From contig JBQTHN010000005.1 of the NCBI GenBank assembly GCA_052389815.1, forward strand, positions 112,978-176,977: 64,000 nucleotides of DNA. Direction: 5' to 3'. How positions within the stretch are numbered: the stretch's first letter is position 1; the number at the start of each line of letters is the position of its first letter. This document shows, piece after piece, positions 48,943-58,700 of this stretch. Source of the stretch: Bradyrhizobium sp. Lineage in GTDB: Bacteria > Pseudomonadota > Alphaproteobacteria > Rhizobiales > Xanthobacteraceae. The notes beneath the pieces were generated by a model. It searched no databases and was not told the DNA's origin. It was given only the letters and a program-made list of their open reading frames with translations. Made by a program: the position numbers and the translations under genes.

Positions 48943-49349
48943 ACACCATCAAGCTTGAGCGGGTCCAGTACATCCCTAAGCAGCTCTCCCCCGGCATTCT
49001 CTATGTGACGGAGCGATATTCCGTGGCCGCGCATCTGTGCGCCTGTGGCTGCGGCAACAAGGTGGTAACCCCTCTTGGTCCCGTGGAATGGTCGCTCTCG
49101 GAAAACGGCGACCTGCCGTCGCTCTGGCCGTCGATCGGGAATTGGCAGCTCCCCTGCCGATCCCACTACATCATCAGCCACGGCCAGATTAACTGGGCGG
49201 GCGCCTGGGCGGACGCGCAGATCCTAGCTGGCCGTCGCGCTGAGGAGCAGCAGCGGCAAGCTTATTATGCCGAGAAGTCTCAGTTGGGTACTTTTGCGAA
49301 GATCTGGGATTGGATATTGCGCGCGATACGGAAATTGTTCGGAGGTTGA
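48939..49349 (+). CDS. DUF6527 family putative metal-binding protein
   Basis: HLCACGCG, SLWPSIGNWQLPCRSHY; GTGA overlap with the E1 stop. Confidence 0.85.
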   Translation: MNTIKLERVQYIPKQLSPGILYVTERYSVAAHLCACGCGNKVVTPLGPVEWSLSENGDLPSLWPSIGNWQLPCRSHYIISHGQINWAGAWADAQILAGRRAEEQQRQAYYAEKSQLGTFAKIWDWILRAIRKLFGG

Positions 49350-49450
49350 ACTCCTCAGGCTCAAGACATCAACCGCAGCTCCGGTCTTCGTTGGCGAAAC
49401 TCCAACGACCATCTATCGCGGTCAGGCGCACAACGGAGCCGCTCTATCTC

Positions 49451-49521
49451 GAACGGAAACGCAGCAAAATCAATGGAACTAGTCGATATCCTGTAGCTCA
49501 AAACGGTCTGGTTGCAGATCC
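49451..49521 (+). repeat. Degenerate att-like copy containing a tRNA(CAT) 3'-half fragment
   Basis: GCAGCAAAATCAA...GCTCAAAACGGTCTGGTTGCAG; 54/71 identical to 63487-63557 by hand alignment. Confidence 0.7.
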
Positions 49522-49677
49522 GGATCGGGCTCCGTCGGCCTGGTGGCATCGACGGTTCAACGTTCCGTTCTGAATGAGAGTGGACAAAACGGACCGCGCA
49601 AGCTTTTCCAGCAACAAAGGCGAGCGTCAGCATAGCGCCATCTTGGTGCCGTCCGCTATTTCACAATGCGCTACGCT

Positions 49678-52600
49678 TCAAAGAGCTCTTAACTCGATCG
49701 CGATCTCAAGGTATCTGCAGAACGCATTGGCGAGCTGCATCTGCCTTGGCGTGCGACACTCCGCTTCGAAAAGTCGAGGGGACGCGACGATGAAGCAAAT
49801 GCACTTTGCTCGAGAAGTGGCGACGTTCAGGCGGTTCGCGCTGTAAAGGAATTCCATGCCACGCGGGGCGTCGGAATGGCTTGAGGTCGTCATTGAGTAG
49901 ATGACGATAGGCGCCTCTTGCCCCTGGAATTTATCCACGGTCCCAATGCGTGCACCAGGAATGCGCTCCTGGAGCTCGAATACCTGAGCGTTGTAGGGGG
50001 CGACGATCAGAATATCCTCAAGTCCAATCGATTTCTCTACGCCCTGCCGATCGATCCAAGTGCTGCCGGCATCTAGAATGCTTGAAACGAGGTGTCGAAT
50101 CGCCTCGGCTTCCTCCTTTGCGGAGTTCTGATTACCGGTGTGCTCGATTGGCAGATATCTGAGCCCGGCTCCGCCAAGCCTACCCGTCGACCTGATTTCT
50201 TGCTTTTCAAGTCCTGCGTGCGATCGGAGTCGTCCCTCGTAGAACAGCTCAGAGTTGAAGACGCAGATATCCGGATGCAGCCGCCAGGTCTCCGCCAGGA
50301 ACAGCCCGCGCTCGGGGGGAACGGTCGCGCGTGCTCCGAGGATATGATCGAGCGCCGAGACTGCAACCCCATCAGGGTGGCATCCCTGAATCGGCTGCTC
50401 GAGCTGACGCGGGTCTCCAAGAAGCACGACGCTCTTGGCAGCCTGCGACACGGCAAGAACATCCGCCAACGACATCTGGGCCGCCTCGTCGATGAAAAGC
50501 ACATCTACGCTGAGGTTCGCGTCTGCCCGCGACCAAAAGAACGAGGTCCCACCGCCGACCGCGCATGTCGCGCGAAGAAGATCCAGAGCTTCCTCGTTGC
50601 TTTTCGTCAATCGCAGGGAAGGAAGACTGCTGGTTTCCTTTTCGGAAATCTTGTGAACGCATTGGAGGCACAAATCTGCGGCCGCGGCAGCGGAAATGAC
50701 CTCAGTCAAGAGGTTGCGGATGACCTTGTGACTATTTGCAGTTATTCCGACCCGCTTTCCCTCGCGAACCAGGCTAAGGATCATACGTGCGGCCGTATAT
50801 GTTTTTCCGGCTCCCGGCGGGCCTTGAATCGGAACGACACTCTCATCCAGGGAGACGCCGATACGCTCGGCAGCGGCCAGAGTCGTCTCCCCCGGCCGCA
50901 GCAGCGCCTGTCCTCGCAAGCGAGGGGCCAACCCCAGCAGCAGATCGCGCGCAGCGCGATATTTGCCCGGCCCCTCCATGCCGTTCTCCGCGACGTATTC
51001 TCCGAGGCGAAGAAGAGAACCCGCCTGCTCTGGATGGTCGAACGATTTGTGGGCGAAAACGGCTTCGGGGTGCAAATCGGCGGTATCGCCCCGCTTCTTT
51101 ATGTCGACCGTCCGGTCCTCTTGCGATAGCGTCCACTTCTCCGAAGTGGTCTCCGCCGACGCTCCGCAGCTTGCTTTCCGCACGCACGTCAGTGTCCTGC
51201 TGCACAAACTCGTAGCGATGGATGGGCGCTTTGGCGGTCCCTCCGACGTTTCGGACGAATTTCAAACCGCCGATGCCTGCTCGTTCATGAACAAGATCTT
51301 CGGCCGAAAGGTCGCGGAGTCTGAAGTATTCCCACCAGACGGCCTTACCCTCGCGGCCGTGCCAATCGAGCATGAACGCGAGCAACCACCTTGAGTGCTG
51401 CTCCTTGCTTCGTTGAGTTACGTCGTCGGGTATGCCGTCGAGCAACCGCGAGGCCACGGCTTGCACTCTTGCCAACCAAGCATCACGCTTGGGACTGATC
51501 TCGGCCTCTTTGGGTACCGGCCGTTCGATGGTCTCGCCTACCGCGAGGAGCTCGGTCCGCAAGGATTCCAGCCAGTTCCGGAGAGCCTCCGTAGAGGTGC
51601 AGTCATCGCGATTGTAGCCTTTGATCGCCTCTTTGTGCTCCGTTGGAACGTGGGCGTCATCGGCCGTTTCCAACCGCGCCTGCGTTCTGGCGAGCACGGC
51701 CGCGACCTCCTCCAACGGTACGCTTCGTGCGAACGAATAGAGCGGCTCCAGCTTCTTGATCGAATAACTCTCCACGCTCGCGCGGATGGCGTGGCGTACG
51801 ACCGAATAGAGGTCAACGAAGACCTCCGAGCGAAGAAGATCGTCCAGTTCCCTTTCCCGCGTCGCGTATCGGCCCATCAATCGCTTCAACGCGGCCGGCT
51901 CATAAGGAGCGAAGTGATAGATATGAAGGTCGGGAAAGATTTTGCGTCGCTCTGTGACGAAGTCGATGAAGCGCTCGAACGCGACCCTTTCTTCGTGTCG
52001 CGCGGATGCCCAGTCACCGACGTATCGAGGTAAGTCGTCATCGCCATTGAAGAGGTATCCGAACAGAAACTCCAACCCTCCTTCTCCGACGAAAGGATCA
52101 CCCTCGAAGTCAAAAAAGATATCGCCGGGACAGGGTTCGGGAAGTCTTGAGAGCCCGAAGCCCGGCTTCGGCGGGAGTGCTTCGTAGAGCACTGCGCCCT
52201 GGGTCCGGCCTTCGACCTGTATCCTCGCCTGTTCGCGAACGTTTTCGTAACTGCGAGCAGCACCGCGATCCGGCCGCCACTGCAATGGCAACGGCAACTC
52301 GGCAAGCGCCGCCATAGTCGTCACGCCGTGCCGCTCGAGCTCTCCGATCTGCAATTTACTTATTCCCGCGACGAGCGACATATGATCGTCAGCTCGTCTC
52401 CTTTCGTCGCAGTGCCGGCGCCACCTGCAGATGTCGCAGTGCTCGACGGGTTCGGGATATGCATAGGCCGTGCTCGGAGAAGCGACGGAACGCTCGAGAC
52501 TATTCCTGACGTGCCGATAATAGGCTGAATAGTCTGCGATCCTGTACTCAACCGGAACGAAGTCGGCTGCCGGCGTGACGACGTAGGCCATGGCCGGTCG

Positions 52601-53083
52601 CGTGGCTTGCATTTCCGCGAGCAGGTCGGAGTAAAGGCAAATCTGAAGGACCGTATTTCCTTTGGTTTCCCGCGCGAGCTTCGTGTCGGTCACCTCATAC
52701 GACCAACCGCCGAAGCGGCTCGGCGTATCGACCCGACGCAAGACGTCCGCACGTCCATTCCATCTTCCCGCCTCGAGAGCCCCCTGCACGATGACGGCAT
52801 CACCGCGCTCCATGGCTGATATGGTCGCGGCCACAGCAACACCGTCTACTCCGACGCCGTCCACGACCGTTACGCTTAAGCCGCCGCCCTTGAGATGGTC
52901 AACGTAGCTTCGTTCATGCAGCGCGCCGCGCTCGGCGAGCGTCGCAAGCACCGGGTCCCACACCTTCGGTTTCTGCAGCTGGCCATTGGCCACCTTCAGA
53001 TCAAGTTCCGTCAGATACCGGCAGTTCAGGTGGCCGACCAGATCGCAGGCGCTCAGCTTGATGCTTCCCCCGATGCTCTGCAT
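49678..53083 (-). pseudogene. TM0106-family RecB-like nuclease + SF1 (DNA2/NAM7-like) helicase, frameshifted at ~51125
   Basis: DTKLARETK..QICLY; FFDFEG RNaseH-like segment; GPPGAGKT, IDEAAQM, GDPRQL, DKFQGQE, NVATSRA in a second frame. Confidence 0.82.
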
Positions 53084-53231
53084 GCGCCCACTTGTGTCGG
53101 CTAAGCCGCCCTTCTCGTCCTTTCCGAGTCGCCTTAATCCCAATTCCCTAGGAACTCCTAGGAAATGCACTCGAAAAAGGCGAGTAAGATAGCTTATAGT
53201 CGCGCGGAACGAGTACAAGGGGGCTTGGTCG

Positions 53232-55061
53232 GTGCGCGATAGTTCGGTGGAAAGAGCCAGATGGCTCCGCGATTTGCTGCGTTTTCTGCCCCTCCGTAGC
53301 CAATTCGTCCTCTCGGGCAATACCCGGGACCTTCAGATGCACGAGATTGCTCCAGGCGAGGTGACGGCAACGCCACTATCCAGGGTCCTGCCGGACCGCT
53401 TGAAGGAAGCTGGCTATGCGCGTATCGCAAGCTTCGACCTTCTGAACGGATTTAGAGGGATCGAACCGGCCGACGGAAGCTTCCTGACGCAGTTGGGTCT
53501 GACGCCGACCAACGGAGCGGCCGCCGGCGGCATTGACCTCTTATCGGCCACCCTCGAAAGGCATGTCGGCGCGGAAGGGTTGCCGGTGGCGCTCATCGTC
53601 GATTTCGCGTCGAGGCTGGTCGCGCGAAACGAGGCGCTGTCGCCGGCCGAACACCAGCTTTTCTCTCGGGCTCTAATCCTCTCGCATTCGGCACGCGCGC
53701 GGCCGGCCGGCGAAAGACGCCTCCCCTACTTCAACACGATCGTCTGGATCGTCGACAAGGAGGGGGATCTGCCCGACTGGTTCCTGGTCGGAAACCCGAG
53801 GATACGACACATACCCATCGGACGCCCGGATCACGTGGCGAGAAGAAGCATGATCCGCTCCCTGGTGCGCGGCTTACCAGGCGCGCAGAAGGCGGAGCAG
53901 TGCGAACTGGACAAGTGCACCCAAGCATTCGTGGACGAGACGGAAGGCCTTCTGCTGTTAGATCTAAGCGCGGTCGCGCAGCTCGCCCGCAGCGAAGGAG
54001 TCCAGTTTGATCGGATTGCAGATGCGGTTCGACGGTTCAAGGTCGGTGTGACCGAGGATCCTTGGCGTAAGATCAGTCGCGACAAGATCAGCTCGGGTGA
54101 AGAATTTGTGAGAGGGCGCGTCAAGGGACAGTCGCATGCCGTCACCCATATGCTGGACATCGTCAAGCGCGCGGTTACCGGGATCGGTCAATCCCCTAGA
54201 GGCGGTCGACCAAGAGGTGTCGTCTTTCTCGCGGGGCCGACTGGGGTCGGCAAGACGGAACTCGCGAAGACAATCACAAGTCTGCTGTTCGGTGACGAGA
54301 GCGCCTATATCCGATTCGACATGTCGGAGTTCAGCGCCGAGCATTCGGATCAGCGGCTCATCGGCGCTCCTCCCGGCTACATCGGTTACGACGTCGGCGG
54401 CGAGCTCACAAACGCGATCCGCGAGAAGCCGTTCAGCGTCGTCCTATTCGACGAAATCGAGAAGGCTCACCCGAGAATTCTGGACAAATTCCTGCAGGTT
54501 CTCGACGACGGCGTTCTCACCTCCGGAAGAGGCGATCGCGTCTATTTCTCGGAAGCCTTCATTGTCTTCACGTCGAACTTGGGCATCTACGTGCCGGGGC
54601 CGTCGGGCGAAAGGATCGCCAACGTGACGCCCGAAGAGACGTTCGAAGGGGTAAGGAGAAAAGTCCGAAGCGAGATCGAAAAGCACTTCAAGCAGGTCCT
54701 CAATCGGCCTGAGATACTGAACCGCATCGGAGAGAACGTCATCGTCTTCGACTTCATCCGGCCCGACGTCGCCAACGAGATCTTCGATCATATGGTCAAC
54801 AACCTGCTCAGCGACGTCAAATCGCTAGGCTATGACGTGACACTGACAGAAGGCGCCCGCGAAGGACTTCGAGGATTGTGCTTGGCGGACCTTTCGAACG
54901 GCGGCCGAGGCATCCGCAATCAGGTCGAATCTCACCTCATCAACCCGCTATCGCGGGGCCTTTTCGACAGCGGAGCAGAAGCTGGACGCAGATACAGGAT
55001 CGAAGGGGTCCGCCCCGGTGCATCGACGACGATCGACCTCGTGAGCGAGCACTCTCCATGA
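53232..55061 (+). CDS. AAA+ ATPase with a ClpB-D2-like C-terminal module and a degenerate N-terminal module
   Basis: AGPTGVGKTELAK, RFDMSEF, RLIGAPPGYIGY, LFDEIEKAHP; no Clp N-domain and no Walker A in the N-terminal half. Confidence 0.88.
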   Translation: MRDSSVERARWLRDLLRFLPLRSQFVLSGNTRDLQMHEIAPGEVTATPLSRVLPDRLKEAGYARIASFDLLNGFRGIEPADGSFLTQLGLTPTNGAAAGGIDLLSATLERHVGAEGLPVALIVDFASRLVARNEALSPAEHQLFSRALILSHSARARPAGERRLPYFNTIVWIVDKEGDLPDWFLVGNPRIRHIPIGRPDHVARRSMIRSLVRGLPGAQKAEQCELDKCTQAFVDETEGLLLLDLSAVAQLARSEGVQFDRIADAVRRFKVGVTEDPWRKISRDKISSGEEFVRGRVKGQSHAVTHMLDIVKRAVTGIGQSPRGGRPRGVVFLAGPTGVGKTELAKTITSLLFGDESAYIRFDMSEFSAEHSDQRLIGAPPGYIGYDVGGELTNAIREKPFSVVLFDEIEKAHPRILDKFLQVLDDGVLTSGRGDRVYFSEAFIVFTSNLGIYVPGPSGERIANVTPEETFEGVRRKVRSEIEKHFKQVLNRPEILNRIGENVIVFDFIRPDVANEIFDHMVNNLLSDVKSLGYDVTLTEGAREGLRGLCLADLSNGGRGIRNQVESHLINPLSRGLFDSGAEAGRRYRIEGVRPGASTTIDLVSEHSP

Positions 55062-55711
55062 CCACGACAGTCAATCTGTCCCGCATCCATTTCCCCGTCA
55101 CGACTTTGGGACCCGGCCGAAGGATCGGGATATGGTTTCAAGGCTGTTCGATCCGCTGCCCGGGATGCATCTCCATGGATACGTGGACACACGGGCGAGG
55201 GACGACGACTATAGCTGAGGTCGTCGACGCTATTTCACCTTGGCTTTCGACGGCAGACGGAATCACGGTCTCAGGCGGGGAACCTTTCGACCAGCGCGAG
55301 GCTTTGTTCGAGCTTCTGGCGCGGCTCCGAGCTCTAACGGCGGCGGACATCCTCGTCTTTACCGGCTATCCTTGGATCACAATCTCCGAAGCGATCTCTT
55401 CCCGGCCGCCTCTGATCGACGCGATCGTCACCGAGCCATTCGATATCGATGAGAGGCAAACTCTGGCGCTTCGCGGCAGCGACAATCAGCAACTGCACAT
55501 GATGACCCCTTTGGGTCGGGCTCGGTTCGAGAGCTTCGACCGCACTATCGACGAAAGCGATCGCAGCTTCGACGTGATGTTCGACGAAAACGGAGATGTC
55601 TGGCTTGCGGGCATTCCCGCTCGCGGCGATTTCCGGCGCCTGCGAAATATCCTCGAAGACGGCGGGTCGACACTTGGAATTTCGGAAGATAAGCGATTCC
55701 CATCTCACTAG
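55058..55711 (+). CDS. Short radical SAM protein (NrdG-activase-like, 4Fe-4S)
   Basis: TTLGPGRRIGIWFQGCSIRCPGC (CxxxCxxC), ITVSGGEP, RGSDNQ; ATGA overlap with the AAA stop. Confidence 0.9.
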   Translation: MTTTVNLSRIHFPVTTLGPGRRIGIWFQGCSIRCPGCISMDTWTHGRGTTTIAEVVDAISPWLSTADGITVSGGEPFDQREALFELLARLRALTAADILVFTGYPWITISEAISSRPPLIDAIVTEPFDIDERQTLALRGSDNQQLHMMTPLGRARFESFDRTIDESDRSFDVMFDENGDVWLAGIPARGDFRRLRNILEDGGSTLGISEDKRFPSH

Positions 55712-55721
55712 AATTTTGCTG

Positions 55722-58700
55722 ATGATCAGACTTTGCCCGAACTGCAATACCGAACGGCCTGTCACTGAAATCTTCTGTGAAGGCACGTTGAATGGCCAAA
55801 ACTGTGGCTGGGACCTGTCGGCGGTCGATATAACGTCGCCTGGAGCACCCGGACCGAGGCCGAATCCTCCAGAGGTTGCTCCGAGCCAGCCGACATGCCG
55901 GAACGGTCATCAGGGATCTCCCGGGGATCTCATCTGCAGCGTGTGTGGCGAGCCGATCATCGAACCGGGCGAGACACCCTCACCGATCGACACCGAGCCT
56001 GGGCCCGAGCCCGAGCCGGAGGCCGAAACAATAGTAGACGGTTGGCGTCTACAGGACCGGATCGTCTCATCGAGCGTCGTCCGCGAGCGCTTCGTCGCCA
56101 CGCGCGACTCCGACGGACGGCGTGGAATACTCACACTTTACGCACCCGGCTCGGAGCCGGATCAAGCGATCTACGATCTGCTCTCGAAGCTCCCCCGAGA
56201 TCACGTTTCCGAGCTCTTCGCCACCGGTCGTTGGCAAGACCGTGCCTACGACGTCGCGGAGGAATTCAGCGGCGGCACGTTGGCGGATTTCGCCATCGAT
56301 CCTGTCGATCAGGCGGCAATAAGGAAGCTGGTCGGCGAGCTCGCGCAGGCCGTTCATGCACTCGCCGAAGCCGGATTGCGGCACAGGGATCTGCGGCCTT
56401 CGGTCATCTTCATGCGCTCGAGGGACCCGCTGGACCTCGTCATCGGAGGGTTTGGATCCGCACGACTTTCCGAGTTCGATCTGGACATCGTGTCCCCTCT
56501 CGAGACCACCCGTTACATGGCTCCGGAAGCGATCGCCGGTGGCGTCGCTCCGGCTTCCGACTGGTGGAGCGTGGGAATGATCTTGCTGGAAAAGATCACC
56601 CAAGGCGCGTGTTTCGAAGGTGTCAACGAACAGGCCTTTCTGATCCACGTTCTCACCAACGGCGTACACCTTCCTGAAAACCTGGACGAACGGATCGACA
56701 CCTTGCTGCGCGGCCTTCTGGCACGTGACAGACGCCAGCGGTGGCAGTGGACGGAAGTTCAGGCGTGGCTGCAGGGTGAGACGGTATCCGCTCCCGCAGC
56801 CGAAACGCCAGGCGTTACCGAGGGCCGCATTTCGATCTCGCTAGGTGATAAGCAATATCGCTCTGCAAACATGTTCGCTTTGGCGGCGGCGGAAGCGGCG
56901 AATTGGGAGCAGGCCAAAGCTCTTGTTCTCAGAGGCGCAGTCGCGAGTTGGGCTTCCGAGGCCGGCTTCGAACCGGCAATGTCGGCGGGCCTGCGGCAAA
57001 TCCTGCGAGCCGAGGATCTTCAGGAGGACTTGAAGCTCTCCATCTCCCTGAAGACGCTTAATGCTTCGATGCCCCTGATCGTCAGAGGCAATATCGTCAC
57101 GCCGGGTTGGCTGCTCGATCATCCGACCGACGGTTATAGCCTGATCACCGGTCCGGCACCCGACCTGCTTCGGAAGATCGATCCGGACGACTGGCTCTGG
57201 CGTCTCAAGGTCCGGTCGGACACAGTTCGAAAGCGACTCGACCAACTGGAAATCGCGGTCGACGAGGATGCCCTGCGCGTCCACCTTCTGTCGACGTCGA
57301 TGGCCCGCCTAGTCGCTCTCTGGGAGGAAAAGCGAAGGCTTTTTCCTGACACGGACCATGCCGGCGTAGCTGCGCTGACCGAACGCCGCCTTTCGGCCGA
57401 AGAAGACCTGGTCATCCTGCTCAGCGCGATGTCGAACCAGTTCCGCTCCGTCGCCGAGGTTATCGAAGAAGCGACAAAGGAAGCGTCGACCGCGGGACTT
57501 GGCGATTTTTCGCCCGAGAAAGCTACAGCTCTTCTCGCCCGTCCGCGTCGCGAAATCTACGAGACGATCGACGAGCGTATTCGGAACTTTGCAAGATGCG
57601 GCATCAAGGAAGCCGACGAATGGGCGGATCAGTTTCGCCTCGACAGGCGGATGTCCATAGGGCGCGCTCTCGCCCTCCTCTCCGTGCCGGCTGAAAGGTG
57701 GAGACCGCTTCCAAAGCAAGGCTACGTATCCACGATCCTGGATTTCTTCGCCAAGCGCATATCGGGTGGGGTCCTACGGGGACCACTGACGCGGATGCTC
57801 ATCGGCAAATCGGCCCGGATCGATCTCACCGAACTCGACACCTCCAGGGTACCGGCGGCGCAAATTCTCGATCAACTGCTCGGTCGGACGAACCGCATTG
57901 TGAATGTCGATCCCGCAGCCTTCGCCGACGACGACGGCTTGGAGCGAAGGTTGCGGTCGCTGCACTCTCACGCGTTGCTCTACAAACGCGACACCGGCAT
58001 CGATGGCCTGTATATGGGATTTCCATTTCTCATCATGCGCGATAGCCGGCCGACCGCGAGACCGCGGATCGCGCCGGTGCTGCTGTGGCCGATGCGCGTC
58101 AATCCCGAAGTGGGAAACCGCGGTCACATCACTCTGGGATTTGGACGCGAAAGAAATCCCGATACAGAGATCGAACACGTCGTCATCAATCCCGCCCTCG
58201 AAGGTATTGTAGGTATCCCAGAAGCAAGACGATGGCAGGAAGCGGCGAACGAGCTTCTTACCCATGCAAGCGTGTCCGTCCAGGCGGTAATGGATGCCTT
58301 TAGCCGGTTGGCCCAGCCAGCCGGCAATGAACTGGTAGCTCTTCCTGGCAAGGACGTCACAGTGGGCTCGCAAGAGCGCCAGCTCGTGCCGGCGGCCGTG
58401 CTCTTCCATCTGGCGTTCATGGGGCAAGCGGTAATGAAAGACCTCGAGACGCTCCGAGGGTCACCGCCGACGGCGACGGCGCTCGAGGCCGCACTGCGTC
58501 TGAACGAACAGCAGGTGACGCCTTCATCGCCGCAAGTGAAGGAGGTCGACCGATACTTCACTGCCGACAGCGATCCTTCACAGGAGGCGGCCGTGATCGA
58601 AGCGCGTCAGGCTCCGGGGTTGGTGATCGAAGGACCGCCCGGCACGGGCAAGAGCCAGACGATTGTCAATATGGTGGCGGACGCCATCGGCACAGGAAAA

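Larger units (their letters stand above)
1213..49521 (-). mobile_element. Tn4371/ICEMlSym-family integrative conjugative element (boundaries approximate; integrase not in window)
   Basis: Syntenic DUF932-ParB-helicase-toprim-DUF2493-DUF736-qseC/M-fseA-rdfS-repA-traF-relaxase-traG-trbBCDEJKLFGI backbone. Confidence 0.9.

Noticed and set aside
53232-55061. Housekeeping clpB/clpA
   Set aside because: It lacks the Clp N-domain, a first Walker A and the M-domain; at 609 aa and embedded in island cargo it is not the chaperone gene.
55596-55721. Upstream extensions of ORF-track calls (also 92-292, 23541-23813, 9160-9294, 53084-53320)
   Set aside because: They overlap neighbouring genes or regulatory DNA; family N-termini begin at the downstream starts used.
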